Below, piece after piece: positions 1 to 7,923 of a DNA stretch of 32,000 nt (position 1 is the first letter of the stretch; each line of letters opens with the position of its first letter). Source of the stretch: Aquifex aeolicus VF5 (GTDB taxonomy: Bacteria; Aquificota; Aquificia; Aquificales; Aquificaceae); assembly GCF_000008625.1 (NCBI RefSeq), contig NC_000918.1, forward strand, positions 540,001 to 572,000, written 5' to 3'. The position numbers were made by a program, and so were the translations under genes. The notes beneath the pieces were generated by a model, which did not search any database, was not told where the DNA came from, and saw nothing but the letters and a program-made list of their open reading frames with translations.

Positions 1-865
1 CTAATTGAGAAAGAAGTCTTTCCACTTCTTCCTTTACCTTATTTGCAAGCTCTTCGGAGGGAGTGAGAAGTATGGACGCCGCGAGTTCGTCGTGCTCCGC
101 CTGAGAGAGCATGTCCGCGGCTACCCAAGTGGGGTTTGCCCTTTCGTCGGCTATAACGAGGACTTCGGAAGGTCCTGCAATCATGTCTATGTCAACGGTC
201 CCAAAGACGAGTTTTTTCGCAAGCGCCACGTATATATTTCCCGGACCCACTATCTTGTCAACCTTAGGTATTTTCTCCGTTCCGTAAGCTAGTGCACCTA
301 TCGCCTGAGCTCCGCCGACCTGAAAAACCCTGCTCACTCCCGCTATGTATGCTGCTGCTAAGGTGTACTTGTTCGGTTTTGGTGACACCATTATTATTTC
401 TTCCACTCCCGCCACGGATGCGGGCACCACGTTCATTAAAACTGTTGAGGGGTAAGCTGCTTTCCCGCCGGGAACGTAAACGCCCACTTTTTCTAAAGGA
501 ACTACCTTCTGACCGAGTATTATCCCCTCCTCTTCTTTGAAGAAGGAGTTTTCCAATTGTTTTTCGTGGAATACCCTGATCCTGTTTTCTGCAAACTCAA
601 GGGCTTCCCTCACTTCAGGTTCTATTTCTTCGTAAGCTTTTTCAAGTTCCTCAAAGGGAACTTCCATGTTCTCGGGTGTCAATTCTACTCCGTCAAACTT
701 TTTCGTGAACTCTATAACAGCCCTGTCCCCCTCTTCCCTTACCCTTTTCAGAATTTCCTTTACGCTCTTTTCGTACTCCTCTTCCAGTATCTCTCCCCTC
801 TTTGCGAGGTACTCAAGCCTCTCGTTGAGTTTCCAGTCTTCCTTTCTCAGGTCCTCAATCCTCAT
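1..865 (-). CDS. hisD: Histidinol dehydrogenase, N-terminal part (C-terminus lies beyond left window edge)
   Basis: My own minus-strand translation from ATG at 863-865 gives MRIEDLRKEDWKLNERLEYL... and, towards the left edge, ...VDIDMIAGPSEVLVIADERANPTWVAADMLSQAEHDELAASILLTPSEELANKVKEEVERLLSQL, with the HisD signature GPSE..V.AD..A....VAAD.LSQAEHD. Open at the edge, so absent from the supplied ORF track. Confidence 0.95.
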   Translation of the reverse strand, partial: MRIEDLRKEDWKLNERLEYLAKRGEILEEEYEKSVKEILKRVREEGDRAVIEFTKKFDGVELTPENMEVPFEELEKAYEEIEPEVREALEFAENRIRVFHEKQLENSFFKEEEGIILGQKVVPLEKVGVYVPGGKAAYPSTVLMNVVPASVAGVEEIIMVSPKPNKYTLAAAYIAGVSRVFQVGGAQAIGALAYGTEKIPKVDKIVGPGNIYVALAKKLVFGTVDIDMIAGPSEVLVIADERANPTWVAADMLSQAEHDELAASILLTPSEELANKVKEEVERLLSQL

Positions 866-875
866 AATATGGATT

Positions 876-1319
876 TTAAGGTTTAATTACTGCAAGGTAA
901 ACGAGGAAAAGAGAAACGATTACAACAACGGGAAAAGCGACGTAATTAAACCTGTCGTAAACGGAGTAAGCCTTTTCACCTCTCTTTGGAACGTAAAAGT
1001 TGACCAAGTAGAAGTTTATAACCTCTAAGGGAAGTATTACGAGGAAAACCAAATACATCTTAAGCCTTAACCATTCGGGAATATTGCCTAAAAGCTTTAC
1101 CATGTAAAGTCCAGAAATCAGTGCTGTAAAAAAGCCAAGTATTTCCAAGTTTGTGAGTATTCTGTAAAACTTTCTCAGCTCTTTCTTATTACAACCCGTT
1201 TCCTTATAGTTTGCGTATTCCATGAATATCCCGAATGAAGCGGAAGAAGAAGCCCAAATAAACAGCCCGATTAAGTGTAAGAACTTTGCCTCTAGGTAAT
1301 CAATCATTTCCTTTTCCAC
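876..1319 (-). CDS. Small integral membrane protein of unknown function (147 aa, about 4 TM segments)
   Basis: ORF with hydrophobic segments FLHLIGLFIWASSSASFGIFM, ILTNLEILGFFTALISGLYMV, MYLVFLVILPLEVINFYLV and VAFPVVVIVSLFLVYLAVI. Overlaps the upstream RND gene by 16 nt and is followed 11 nt later by hisD. Confidence 0.75.
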   Translation of the reverse strand: MEKEMIDYLEAKFLHLIGLFIWASSSASFGIFMEYANYKETGCNKKELRKFYRILTNLEILGFFTALISGLYMVKLLGNIPEWLRLKMYLVFLVILPLEVINFYLVNFYVPKRGEKAYSVYDRFNYVAFPVVVIVSLFLVYLAVIKP

Positions 1320-4306
1320 TCCATTAGCTCGTAAAGAACGGGGAGTAAGAATAAACTCAGAGGAAGTCCCGAGGCTATACCGCCTATTACCGCTATCGCA
1401 AGGGGTTTTCTCTGTTCGGAGCCCGCGGTAAGCCCGAGAGCGACGGGAAGGAGTGCGGAAACCACGGTTATCGTTGTCATGAGTATAGGACGGAGTCTCT
1501 CACGCCTAGCTTCAAGAATAGCCTCCCTTACCGCGTAGCCCTCTTTTCTTAGCTGTATTATCCTCTCTATAAAGAGAACCGCGTCCCTCACTATAATTCC
1601 CACGAGGAGTATTATCCCGAAGTAAGAAGAGACGTTCAGGGAGGTGTCCGTCAAGTACATAAACCCAAAAACTCCGAGGGCGCTTAAAGGAACCATTAAA
1701 AGAACGGTAAAGGGGTGCTTTAGACTCTCAAAGAGGGAGGCCAGTATCATATAAACGCCTATTAAGGACATAGCCAAAGAGAGCACAAAGCCCGAAAAGG
1801 CTTTCTTGAACTCCTTTACCCTTCCAGCGGTGTCGTAAGTGTAGCCAAAGGGCAGGTTTTTCTTTAGCCAGTCTTCCACAAGAGACCTCGCGGTCGCAAG
1901 GTCAATCCCCTCCAGATTTGCGTAAAACACGAAGGAGTACTGCCTGTTGTACCTGGTTAGACTGAAAGGTCCTGCTTCAATTGAGAAGTCTATTAGTTCC
2001 GTTATGGGAATAAGTTCTCCGTTTCTTGCCCTGATGTAAACTCTGTTTAAGTTATGTATTTCCTTTACGAAGTCTTCTTCGGCTTTTATATAGAAGTCAT
2101 AACTCTCTGAGCCGAGCTCATACGTTCCCACCCTGTACTTTCCAAAGAGAAGGGAGAGAGTAAGTCCAAGGTCTTCCACCGAAACACCCAGGTGTGAGAG
2201 CTTTTCCCTCTTTACACTTATCTTTACATAGGGGGCGCTGAGCTCAAGGCTAGTGTCCACGTCCCTGAAACCTTCAACGTTTGAAAAGTGCTCTTCCATG
2301 CTTTTCGCTATCTTTTTCAGAACTTCGATCCTCTCACCCCTTACAATATATTGAAGGTCCGTAGTTCTTCCCGCACTCGCACCTATACCATGGGGAGGTT
2401 CAACGCTGACTTTTACGTTCTTTAGTTCGGAAAGCTCCCTTCTCACTTCACTCATAACGACCATCTGGTGAGGTCTTTGAGAACGTTCTTTGAGGTAAAC
2501 GAAGAAGAGTCCGCTGTGAACACCCGCACCTCCCACTCCTTCTCCGACCACCATTCCCACCTTTGCGATATGCGGGTTTTTAAGGAGAATCCTCTCCACT
2601 TCCTTCGCTTTTTCTTTTACGCGTTCAAAGGAAGTCCCCACGGGCATCCTCATCCTCACCATAAATCTTCCCTCGTCAACGTGGGGAACGAACTCCTTCT
2701 TTACCTTAGGAAATAGGTAAACGCTCAGCCCAACAAAGAAGAAGGAAAGGAGAAGGACTATAAACTTGTGGTCAAGGGAAAACCTGAGAGCTTTGTCAAA
2801 GGATCCCTCAAACCTTTTGTAGAGTTTCATAAAGAAGTTCTCCCTCGGTCTTTGGGTAATGAGCCTCACCGTGGCGGAGGGTGTGAAGGTAATCGCAACC
2901 AGGTAAGAGAGACCGATAGCTATTATAAGCGTCAGGGCGAAATTCTTTAAAAAGGTTCCGAGAACACCTTTCAAGAAGACAACAGGCAGGAATACCACGA
3001 TAAGGACGGAAGTTGAGGCAAGGAGTGCAAACATAACCACTCTCGTTCCCTTAACGCCCGCCTCAAAGGGAGGAAGACCCTCTTCCCGCCTTCTGTGTAT
3101 GCTTTCCATAACGACTATGGCATCGTCTATGACTATACCCACCGCTACCGCAAGGGCAAGGAGAGTTATCGTGTTCAGAGAGTAGCCGAGCTGATAGAGA
3201 AAGAAAATGGTTCCAAGAATCGTTACGGGAATTGCGAAGACGGGAACGAGTGTAAGGCGAAGGTTTCCAAGGAAAAGGTAAACGGTAAACGCGGTGAGGA
3301 AAACCCCGATAATTATCTCCTCAAAGGCTGCCCTTATGCTCTCCTTTACGTAAACGCTCGCATCAAAGGTGTAATCAAGTTTTATATCAGGAGGAAGGAG
3401 TTCCCTGAAAAACTCCATTCTGGACTTTATCTCATCAATTACCCTTACCGTGTTTACCTTAGCCTGTTTGAACACCAGAAGCGCCACCGCCCTATTTCCG
3501 TTAAACCTCGCAAGACTCCTCTCCTCGTCCTCACCGAAGTATACCCTCGCCACGTCCCCCAATCTCAGGTTTTCCTTGATGTAGAGGTTGGAGAGTTCTT
3601 CGGGCGTTTTAAACTTTCCGTAGAGTCTCAGTATATACTCCCTCCTCTTTCCGTAAACGTTTCCCGCGGGAATATCCTGATGGTTTTTGTCAATTTCCCT
3701 AAGGACATCCAGAGGAGTGAGCTCGTAGCCGTAAAGCTCCGATACCTTCAACCGAACCCAGAGGACGTTATCCCTGAAACCTCCGAGACTTACCGAACCC
3801 ACTCCGTAGAGTTTTTCAAGTTCTCTCTTTATTACCTTGTCCGCGTAGTAGGTGAGTCTTTGGTAATCCGCCGTGTCCGAGTAAAGGAGTAAAACCATTA
3901 TGGGAGCAACAGAAGTGTCCACCTTTACAACGGTAGGTGGCTCAACGCCTTTGGGAAACCTCCTCATAGCCCTTTGGATAGCGTTGCTCACTTCCTGAGT
4001 TGCCACGTCTATGTCCTTGTCAAGGGTAAAGGTAACCACGACACTGGCAAATCCTGGATAACTCCTTGAGATTATGCTCTCTATTCCACTTACCGTTGAT
4101 ACCGCCTCTTCTATTATCCTCGTTACGTTCGTGTCTACCACGTAAGGGTCCGCACCCGGATAATCCGCACTAATCCTGACTACGGGAAACTCAACATCGG
4201 GAAGCCTGTCTATAGGCACGAGCTTGAGGGAATAAAGCCCCAAAAAGACGAAGGAAAGCATAAGCATAAAAGCGGTAACAGGTCTTTCAATGAAGAATTT
4301 CTGCAT
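1304..4306 (-). CDS. RND-family efflux transporter (AcrB/HAE1-like inner-membrane permease, 1000 aa)
   Basis: N-terminus FFIERPVTAFMLMLSFVFLGLYSLKLVPIDRLPDVEFPVVRISADYPGADP; second motif VAVGIVIDDAIVVMESIHRRREEGLPPFEA; C-terminal GIIVRDAVLFIERIIQLRKEGYAVREAILEARRERLRPILMTT. These are typical RND repeats. Confidence 0.94.
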   Translation of the reverse strand: MQKFFIERPVTAFMLMLSFVFLGLYSLKLVPIDRLPDVEFPVVRISADYPGADPYVVDTNVTRIIEEAVSTVSGIESIISRSYPGFASVVVTFTLDKDIDVATQEVSNAIQRAMRRFPKGVEPPTVVKVDTSVAPIMVLLLYSDTADYQRLTYYADKVIKRELEKLYGVGSVSLGGFRDNVLWVRLKVSELYGYELTPLDVLREIDKNHQDIPAGNVYGKRREYILRLYGKFKTPEELSNLYIKENLRLGDVARVYFGEDEERSLARFNGNRAVALLVFKQAKVNTVRVIDEIKSRMEFFRELLPPDIKLDYTFDASVYVKESIRAAFEEIIIGVFLTAFTVYLFLGNLRLTLVPVFAIPVTILGTIFFLYQLGYSLNTITLLALAVAVGIVIDDAIVVMESIHRRREEGLPPFEAGVKGTRVVMFALLASTSVLIVVFLPVVFLKGVLGTFLKNFALTLIIAIGLSYLVAITFTPSATVRLITQRPRENFFMKLYKRFEGSFDKALRFSLDHKFIVLLLSFFFVGLSVYLFPKVKKEFVPHVDEGRFMVRMRMPVGTSFERVKEKAKEVERILLKNPHIAKVGMVVGEGVGGAGVHSGLFFVYLKERSQRPHQMVVMSEVRRELSELKNVKVSVEPPHGIGASAGRTTDLQYIVRGERIEVLKKIAKSMEEHFSNVEGFRDVDTSLELSAPYVKISVKREKLSHLGVSVEDLGLTLSLLFGKYRVGTYELGSESYDFYIKAEEDFVKEIHNLNRVYIRARNGELIPITELIDFSIEAGPFSLTRYNRQYSFVFYANLEGIDLATARSLVEDWLKKNLPFGYTYDTAGRVKEFKKAFSGFVLSLAMSLIGVYMILASLFESLKHPFTVLLMVPLSALGVFGFMYLTDTSLNVSSYFGIILLVGIIVRDAVLFIERIIQLRKEGYAVREAILEARRERLRPILMTTITVVSALLPVALGLTAGSEQRKPLAIAVIGGIASGLPLSLFLLPVLYELMEWKRK

Positions 4307-4345
4307 TTACTTAATTATCCTTTAATTTATTTTTATTATGTAGTG

Positions 4346-4363
4346 GGTTAGAATATACTAACC
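4346..4363. promoter_or_regulatory. Candidate promoter/operator: perfect inverted repeat GGTTAG-aatata-CTAACC
   Basis: In the 69-bp gap between divergent genes at 4306 and 4376. It overlaps -10-like TAGAAT/TATACT; the SD GGAGGTG at 4364-4370 follows immediately. Confidence 0.4.
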
Positions 4364-4375
4364 GGAGGTGGAAAG

Positions 4376-5545
4376 ATGGCAAAAGTTCTCGTTCTCGGTG
4401 GCGGAATAGGAGGAACTGAAGCTGCGATAGCCCTTAGGAAAGAAGGCTTTGAGGTTAGCTTGGTTTCTGATAAACCCTACCTTTACATATATCCCATATC
4501 TATATGGATACCTACTGGCGAGGCAAAGTTCGAGGACGTTATAATCCCCCTCGATAAGTTCGCCAGAAGGTGGGGAGTAAATCTTATAATTGATAGAGTA
4601 GAAAAAATAGACGCTCAGAATAAAAAGGTACACCTAAAGAGCGGTAAGGTTCTGGAAGACTTTGATTACTTAGTCGTTGCCCTTGGACAGACTAAAAGAA
4701 AGGAAAAGGGACTGGAAAACACTCTATCCATATGCGGAAGCCCTGAAGAGGCTCTGAAGATAAGGGACAGACTCGTTGAATTAATAGCGAAAGGAGAAGG
4801 GAAAATTGCCTTCGGCTTTGGAGGAAACCCTAAGGACAAAACCGCGGTGAGAGGAAGACCCGTGTTTGAAGTGCTATTTAACGTGGATTACCACCTTTCC
4901 AGACTCGGCATCAGGGACAGGTTTGAGCTTACCTTCTTCGCTCCAATGCCTAAACCCGGGGAAAGACTCGGAGAAAAAGCCCTCAAGATGCTCGACCAGA
5001 TGTTCCAAAAGTACGGCATCAAGAAAATTACGGGTAAGAAGATAAAGGAATTTAAAGAAAACGGAGTGCTCTTTGAAGACGACACGTTCCTGGAATCGGA
5101 CCTCATAATTTACACTCCCGCGGGATGGGGAAATCCCGTATTCGCGGACTCAGGCTTTCCTTTAAATGAGGCTGGATTTATAAAGATAGAGGAAACGTGT
5201 CAGGTGGTAGGGTACGAGTGGGCTTACGCGATAGGAGACTCGGCTGCGATAGAAGGTCCTCCTTGGACCGCAAAGCAGGGACACCTTGCCGAGGTTATGG
5301 GACACATAACCGCACATAACATAGCGGTAAAAGAAGGAAAAAAGAGCGGAGAACTGAAGTCCTACAAAGAGCACATAAACATCTTGTGTCTCATGGACAT
5401 GGGCTGGAGAGGTGGAGGATTCGCTTACAGAAGCGACAAGAGGGCTATGCTAATCCCAATACCTGTCCTCGGTCATATCATGAAAAAGGCTTGGGGAGTT
5501 TACTATAAACTGTACAAGCTGGGCAAAATTCCTAAAATTATTTAG
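4376..5545 (+). CDS. FAD-dependent pyridine-nucleotide-disulfide oxidoreductase of the sulfide:quinone oxidoreductase / NDH-2-like superfamily
   Basis: N-terminal dinucleotide fold KVLVLGGGIGGTEAAIALRKEG; DYLVVALGQ; C-terminal VVGYEWAYAIGDSAAIEGPPWTAKQGHLAEVMGHITAHNI; good SD GGAGGTG. Confidence 0.82.
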   Translation: MAKVLVLGGGIGGTEAAIALRKEGFEVSLVSDKPYLYIYPISIWIPTGEAKFEDVIIPLDKFARRWGVNLIIDRVEKIDAQNKKVHLKSGKVLEDFDYLVVALGQTKRKEKGLENTLSICGSPEEALKIRDRLVELIAKGEGKIAFGFGGNPKDKTAVRGRPVFEVLFNVDYHLSRLGIRDRFELTFFAPMPKPGERLGEKALKMLDQMFQKYGIKKITGKKIKEFKENGVLFEDDTFLESDLIIYTPAGWGNPVFADSGFPLNEAGFIKIEETCQVVGYEWAYAIGDSAAIEGPPWTAKQGHLAEVMGHITAHNIAVKEGKKSGELKSYKEHINILCLMDMGWRGGGFAYRSDKRAMLIPIPVLGHIMKKAWGVYYKLYKLGKIPKII

Positions 5546-5562
5546 AGGCCCGGAGGAGTTTT

Positions 5563-6648
5563 ATGAAAACACTTTCCGTGGAGAGGATAAAGGAAAAGGT
5601 TATAAATGGGGAGAGAATTTACCCTGAAGAAGCCCTCTACCTTTGGGAAAACGCCGACTTTGTAACCTTAGGAAACCTCGCAAACTTTGTGAGGAAGAAG
5701 TTCCATCCCGATGACATAGTCACCTTCGTTGTGGACAGAAATGTAAATTACACAAATGTCTGCATAGCCGGGTGCAAGTTCTGCGCCTTTTACAGGAGAA
5801 AGTCCGACGAAGATGCCTACGTTCTGGATATGGATACGATACTTCAGAAGGTAAAGGAACTCGTGGAGTGGGGCGGGACGACGCTCCTCATGCAGGGAGG
5901 AATTAATCCGGACCTCCCCCTTGAGTTCTACGAGGACATGATTTCTCAGATAAAGAAACACTTTCCGCAGGTTCAGATACACTGCTTTTCCGCCCCAGAA
6001 ATAGTTTACCTTTCCAAGAAGGAAAAACTCCCAATAGAAGAAGTTATAAGGAGGCTCAAAAAAGCAGGACTCATGTCCATACCCGGCGGAGGAGCGGAAA
6101 TACTTTCTCAGGAGGTAAGAGACAAGATAAGCCCCGGAAAGTGTACCGTAGAAGAGTGGGAAGAAGTTCACAGAACGGCTCACAGGCTCGGCATGACCAC
6201 AACCGCTACGATGATGTTCGGACACGTAGAAAGCATTGAACACATAATTGAACACCTTGAGAGAGTAAGGAAGATACAGGATGAGACGGGAGGATTTACC
6301 GCCTTTATCCCGTGGACCTTCAAGAAGGGAAACACTGAACTTGACTTCGTGGAAGAAGCTACACCCACATACTACCTAAAAGTTCTGGCACTCTCAAGAA
6401 TATACCTTGACAACTTTAAAAACATTCAAAGTTCCCACGTTACACAGACTATGCAAATCGGACTCATAGGACTTCACTTCGGGGCTAACGACCTTGGAAG
6501 CGTGATGATAGAGGAAAACGTTATATCTTCCACAAACTTCAAGGTAAGGATACCGAAGGTAGAGGAAATGGTGAGGGCTATAAAATCCGCGGGCTTTATC
6601 CCCGCACAGAGGGACACCTACTACAACATTATTAAAGTCTTTCAATGA
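5563..6648 (+). CDS. mqnC: Cyclic dehypoxanthinyl futalosine synthase (radical SAM, futalosine menaquinone pathway)
   Basis: Radical SAM motif CIAGCKFCAFYR; WGGTTLLMQGGINPDLPLEFYEDM; FTAFIPWTFKKGNTEL; HFGANDLGSVMIEENV. Confidence 0.9.
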   Translation: MKTLSVERIKEKVINGERIYPEEALYLWENADFVTLGNLANFVRKKFHPDDIVTFVVDRNVNYTNVCIAGCKFCAFYRRKSDEDAYVLDMDTILQKVKELVEWGGTTLLMQGGINPDLPLEFYEDMISQIKKHFPQVQIHCFSAPEIVYLSKKEKLPIEEVIRRLKKAGLMSIPGGGAEILSQEVRDKISPGKCTVEEWEEVHRTAHRLGMTTTATMMFGHVESIEHIIEHLERVRKIQDETGGFTAFIPWTFKKGNTELDFVEEATPTYYLKVLALSRIYLDNFKNIQSSHVTQTMQIGLIGLHFGANDLGSVMIEENVISSTNFKVRIPKVEEMVRAIKSAGFIPAQRDTYYNIIKVFQ

Positions 6649-7136
6649 AGAAAACTAAGTTCTCCTCCTACGAGGAATACAGGAATTACTTCAAAAGGTT
6701 AATAGACCTGGAGAGAAGGGCTCAAACGGAACTCCACCTGAAGGAGATTAAAACCTTAAGCGGTAAGGAAAGGGAAAAGAGGGGAAGGGCTATTTTGAAC
6801 TTGAGGGCAAAGTTCCTCGGAAGGGGGCTCGGAGGAGTTTACCTTGTGAGATACTCAAGACCTCAGGGACTCCCGAAAACGGAGATATCAACGGGAGATA
6901 TAGTTCTCGTGAGTAAAGGAAAGCCCACTGTCAAGGAAGTTCAGGGAACGGTAGCAGAAAAAACGAATTACTATTTGGTAGTTGCCTTCAGGGACAAACC
7001 CCCTCCCTATGCTCTCGGTAAAGACGTGAGAATAGACCTCTTTTCAAACGAGATAACCTTTAAGAGAATGGAGGAAGCCCTGAAAAATTTCAAGGAACAT
7101 CCCTTGAGGGACTTTATTCTTGGAAAAAAAGTTTAA
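6645..7136 (+). CDS. Freestanding protein resembling the N-terminal (nucleic-acid binding) region of Dna2/IGHMBP2(SMUBP-2)-type superfamily 1 helicases; no ATPase motifs
   Basis: RLIDLERRAQTELHLKEIKTLSGKEREKRGRAILNLRAKFLGRGLGGVYLVRYSRPQ..LPKTEISTGDIVLVSKGKP..KEVQGTVAEKTNYYLVVAFRDKPPPYALGKDVRIDLFSNEITFKRMEEALK. Start overlaps mqnC stop by 4 nt (ATGA). Confidence 0.65.
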   Translation: MKKTKFSSYEEYRNYFKRLIDLERRAQTELHLKEIKTLSGKEREKRGRAILNLRAKFLGRGLGGVYLVRYSRPQGLPKTEISTGDIVLVSKGKPTVKEVQGTVAEKTNYYLVVAFRDKPPPYALGKDVRIDLFSNEITFKRMEEALKNFKEHPLRDFILGKKV

Positions 7137-7151
7137 AATACTTAAAAGGAG

Positions 7152-7661
7152 GTGGAGAAAATGAAGTTAAGATATGTATTTTTAAGTGCACTCGCACTAG
7201 GGATTTTCGCCTGCGAGCAACCACAAAAGAAAGAGGAAACAAAGAAGGAAGAGCCCAAGAAGGAAGCTGTAGCTCAAAAGCAGGAAGCTAAGAAAGAGGA
7301 GCAAAAGCCTCAAGAACAGCCAAAACAAGAGCAAAAGCAGGAAGTTAAGCAAGAAGAGCAAAAGCAAGTGGCTCAAGCCGGAGGAGCAGGCAACCCTGAA
7401 AAAGGAAAGGCAATCTTCCAGCAAAAGGGATGTGGTTTTTGCCACCAGCCGGCAGTGGACACCGTAGGTCCCTCTCTCAAGAAGATAGCTCAGGCTTACG
7501 CCGGTAAAGAGGACCAGCTCGTTAAGTTCTTAAAAGGTGAGGCTCCCGCAATAGTAGACCCTGCTAAGGAAGCAATAATGAAGCCTCAGCTCATGCAACT
7601 CAAAGGTCTTTCTGAACAAGAACTCAGAGACCTTGCAGCCTTTATAATGTCCCACAAGTAA
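7152..7661 (+). CDS. Membrane/lipid-anchored class I c-type cytochrome (c552/c555-like) with charged Lys/Glu/Gln-rich linker
   Basis: Lipobox-like ALALGIFAC; linker KKEETKKEEPKKEAVAQKQEAKKEEQKPQEQPKQEQKQEVKQEEQKQ; haem motif CGFCH; distal Met context AIMKPQLMQLKGLSEQELRDLAAFIMS; SD AAAGGAGGTGG. Confidence 0.9.
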   Translation: MEKMKLRYVFLSALALGIFACEQPQKKEETKKEEPKKEAVAQKQEAKKEEQKPQEQPKQEQKQEVKQEEQKQVAQAGGAGNPEKGKAIFQQKGCGFCHQPAVDTVGPSLKKIAQAYAGKEDQLVKFLKGEAPAIVDPAKEAIMKPQLMQLKGLSEQELRDLAAFIMSHK

Positions 7662-7719
7662 TTCCTTTTCTCCTCTTTCCTTTGTATAATTTTCCTTTAT
7701 TCCATTTGAGGAGGTTGTT

Positions 7720-7923
7720 ATGGCAAAGGTTAAGATGAAGACTAACCGCTCAGCTGCGAAGAGGTTTAAGGTGACCGCTAAGGGTAAGATAAAGAGGTGG
7801 AAGTCCGGCGGTGCCCACTACAACACAAAGAAGTCCTCAAAAAGGAAGAGACACCTAAGAAAGCACACCTACGTTAAGGACAACATGCTCAAGCACGTCA
7901 AGGCACTCCTGAAGGAGTTTTAA
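7720..7923 (+). CDS. rpmI: 50S ribosomal protein L35 (bL35)
   Basis: [52 protein letters not shown]; SD GAGGAGG. Confidence 0.95.
   Translation: MAKVKMKTNRSAAKRFKVTAKGKIKRWKSGGAHYNTKKSSKRKRHLRKHTYVKDNMLKHVKALLKEF

Noticed and set aside
5-886. Small plus-strand ORFs at 5..292, 292..540, 557..886 and 666..1028
   Set aside because: They cover hisD on the opposite strand, whose minus frame is open through the left edge and clearly homologous to histidinol dehydrogenase.
3095-3892. 265-aa plus-strand ORF opposite the RND transporter gene
   Set aside because: Antisense to a clearly conserved RND coding sequence, compositionally odd, with no recognisable motif. Treated as a shadow ORF, along with those at 2468, 2768 and others.
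5668-6255. 195-aa minus-strand ORF opposite mqnC
   Set aside because: Shadow ORF of a confidently assigned radical SAM gene.
6645-7136. Possible pseudogene (truncated helicase)
   Set aside because: The ORF is intact, has good codon usage and is translationally coupled to mqnC, and the downstream sequence contains no helicase remnants. A functional standalone protein is more likely, but not proven.
7190-7430. Purine-rich repetitive stretch considered as a tandem repeat or CRISPR-like array
   Set aside because: Units are irregular, with no spacers. It is explained by the K/E/Q-rich tether of the cytochrome protein.
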